From Holosporaceae bacterium (GTDB taxonomy: Bacteria > Pseudomonadota > Alphaproteobacteria > UBA3830): a DNA stretch of 26,320 bases. Both the position numbers and the translations under genes were made by a program. Below are positions 24,956-26,320 of the stretch, one piece after another (positions within the stretch are counted from its first letter, which is position 1; the number at the start of each line of letters is the position of its first letter). The notes under the pieces were generated by a model that saw only the letters and a program-made list of their open reading frames with translations, had not been told where the DNA came from and ran no database searches. The stretch covers positions 1-26,320 of the forward strand of contig JAISCG010000153.1 in the NCBI GenBank assembly GCA_031265715.1. Reading direction: 5' to 3'.

Positions 24956-25663
24956 TTAAAAACTTGAATTGTCTTCCGCATCCTCGGTGTTGTCGACATC
25001 ATCCGTGCCGTATTTTTGAAGATACAAACTCCTGATGGAAAAATAGGGATCCATAGTATTATTGAGATTTGCATCGATAATCTTTGAATTTTCCGCACGA
25101 TCACTTATAGTCGAGAGAATCGCCTTTGCCAGCATATACGGAAAACCGATATAATACCCGACGGGATCCGCGTACCACGCAATCGGTTCGGAAATTGTAT
25201 CCCGGGTCGATGATGCGCCAAGAAGCGGCAAAACAAGATAGTCCCCGGTCGGTACGCCCCATTTTTTCAGCGTAGTCTTAAATGAAGTTTCTTTTTTAGA
25301 AAGGCCGATTCGCTCTGCGATGTCAAGAAAACCCAATATACCGATCGTAGAATTTATTGAAAATCTGAAAAGAGAACTCGCAGCGCATTCCGCCTCCCCC
25401 GCCAGGGAATAGTTCACAAAAAAGAACGGCTCTTTTAAATTTTGCAAAAAATTCGAGACTCCTTCCCTCACGGCGTCCGATGTAACACCCTGATAGGTCT
25501 CCGCAGCCGGTTTCAGGACTTTTTTGTCAGCCATCAGGTTAAACTCAAGCATGTCCTTGTTGAACCCCCTGTGTGGATCTGGATTTTCCCGCGTAGCCGA
25601 ACAAGCCACCAGGAACATCAGCAAAACAATCCCGACATTTTTTCCGAACGTAGTGAAAAACAT
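24956..25663 (-). CDS. mlaA: MlaA/VacJ family outer-membrane lipoprotein
   Basis: Lipobox LVAC, DPHRGFNKDMLEFN, RFSINSTIGILGFLDIA and WGVPTGDYLVLPLLGASSTRD motifs. Start refined to the ATG at 25663 (GGGAGA SD, extended -10 upstream). Confidence 0.95.
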   Translation of the reverse strand: MFFTTFGKNVGIVLLMFLVACSATRENPDPHRGFNKDMLEFNLMADKKVLKPAAETYQGVTSDAVREGVSNFLQNLKEPFFFVNYSLAGEAECAASSLFRFSINSTIGILGFLDIAERIGLSKKETSFKTTLKKWGVPTGDYLVLPLLGASSTRDTISEPIAWYADPVGYYIGFPYMLAKAILSTISDRAENSKIIDANLNNTMDPYFSIRSLYLQKYGTDDVDNTEDAEDNSSF

Positions 25664-25688
25664 AGGTCCAAATCTCCCTTCACGGTAA

Positions 25689-25721
25689 ATTATACCACTA
25701 AATATGTTAATCAATAATTAC
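25689..25721 (-). promoter_or_regulatory. mlaA promoter: extended -10 plus a CtrA-like box at the -35 position
   Basis: Minus strand TGgTATAAT (25697-25689) and GTAA-N7-TTAAC (25721-25706). Confidence 0.5.
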
Positions 25722-25853
25722 CATGTATAAAAAATAGCATTTTTTGTTACTAGGTCCTGTTAGCGAAATTATCGTAGCCATATCAGTGTGCTCGCGATTT
25801 GCAAGAAAGACATAAAAAAATGAGGAAGTTTTACAAAATCTTGAGAAAACTCC

Positions 25854-26320
25854 GTTACTACTCAGCTAATCGAAAATTTTGCATACAAAATTAGGTGGTT
25901 GTGATACATACAGTATAGAGTATAGAAGTAAAAGTGTTTGGATAGATGGAAGAAGTAACCTGCAATGAATTGCTAAGGGCGGGAATCGTTGAGCTTCAGC
26001 GACAGAACAGAGCTCTTCCGGAAAAGATAGCATTATTAGAACAAAGAATTCTGCAACTTGAGGCGATGCTTAATAAAAACTCAGGCAATTCATCAAAGCT
26101 GCCATCGACCGACGGTTTTCGAAAAATTCAAATAAATGGAAAGAATTTGGGAACAGCGCAGCGATAGAATCGAGCACACACCTCAGCGTTTGTTTTGCGG
26201 TGAGACCGTAGAAGAGATTGTGGTTCGCCAAGAGAAGGCGTGATGGAGATGGAGGAAGGTCCTCCGGTGGAGATTGTCCAAGCGAATCCACCAAACGACC
26301 GTATGGTGCTGAAATGCGAA
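25854..26320 (+). mobile_element. Degraded IS66-family insertion sequence, left part
   Basis: Candidate left end GTTACTACTCAGC at 25854-25866 (resemblance to IS66 ends from memory, low confidence), followed by a TnpC-like pseudogene. Confidence 0.55.
25946..26243 (+). pseudogene. IS66 TnpC transposase remnant, frameshifted
   Basis: A coiled coil followed by LNKNSGNSSKLPSTDGFRK matches the N-terminal IS66 TnpC motif KNSxNSSKPPSxD; this frame stops at 26167. A second frame (26136-26243) encodes SDRIEHTPQRLFCGETVEEI, resembling the degenerate zinc-finger region. Confidence 0.75.

Noticed and set aside
24892-25717. ORFs 24892-25104 (-) and 25442-25717 (+)
   Set aside because: They overlap mlaA out of frame or antisense, with no supporting features.
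26070-26294. 74-aa minus-strand ORF
   Set aside because: It is antisense to the IS66 remnant and has no motifs.

Overview
This looks like a chromosomal segment of a host-dependent alphaproteobacterium, most plausibly Holosporales-like. That assignment is inferred from an Npt/Tlc nucleotide translocase, the plsY-dprA-topA and clpX-lon gene order, and ankyrin proteins. Left arm, minus strand: tlc, then corC/hlyC-mraY-murD-ftsW, then a lipoprotein secretin and two type IV pilin-like genes; the last pilin runs off the window and is missing from the ORF track. Centre: plsY-dprA-topA (+) converges on a ~1028-aa exported coiled-coil/repeat/ankyrin protein with three different tandem-repeat arrays, which lies directly downstream of clpX-lon (-). 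Right arm: an accessory cluster (+) of rubrerythrin, an orphan M.HpaII-like C5 methyltransferase, a signal-peptide ankyrin protein, and a Panacea antitoxin with an uncharacterised partner toxin. It is followed by mlaA and a lone Flp pilin (-), and an IS66 transposase remnant. No tRNA, rRNA or CRISPR array was found. All counts and alignments were done by eye, and family assignments rest on remembered motifs, not database searches.
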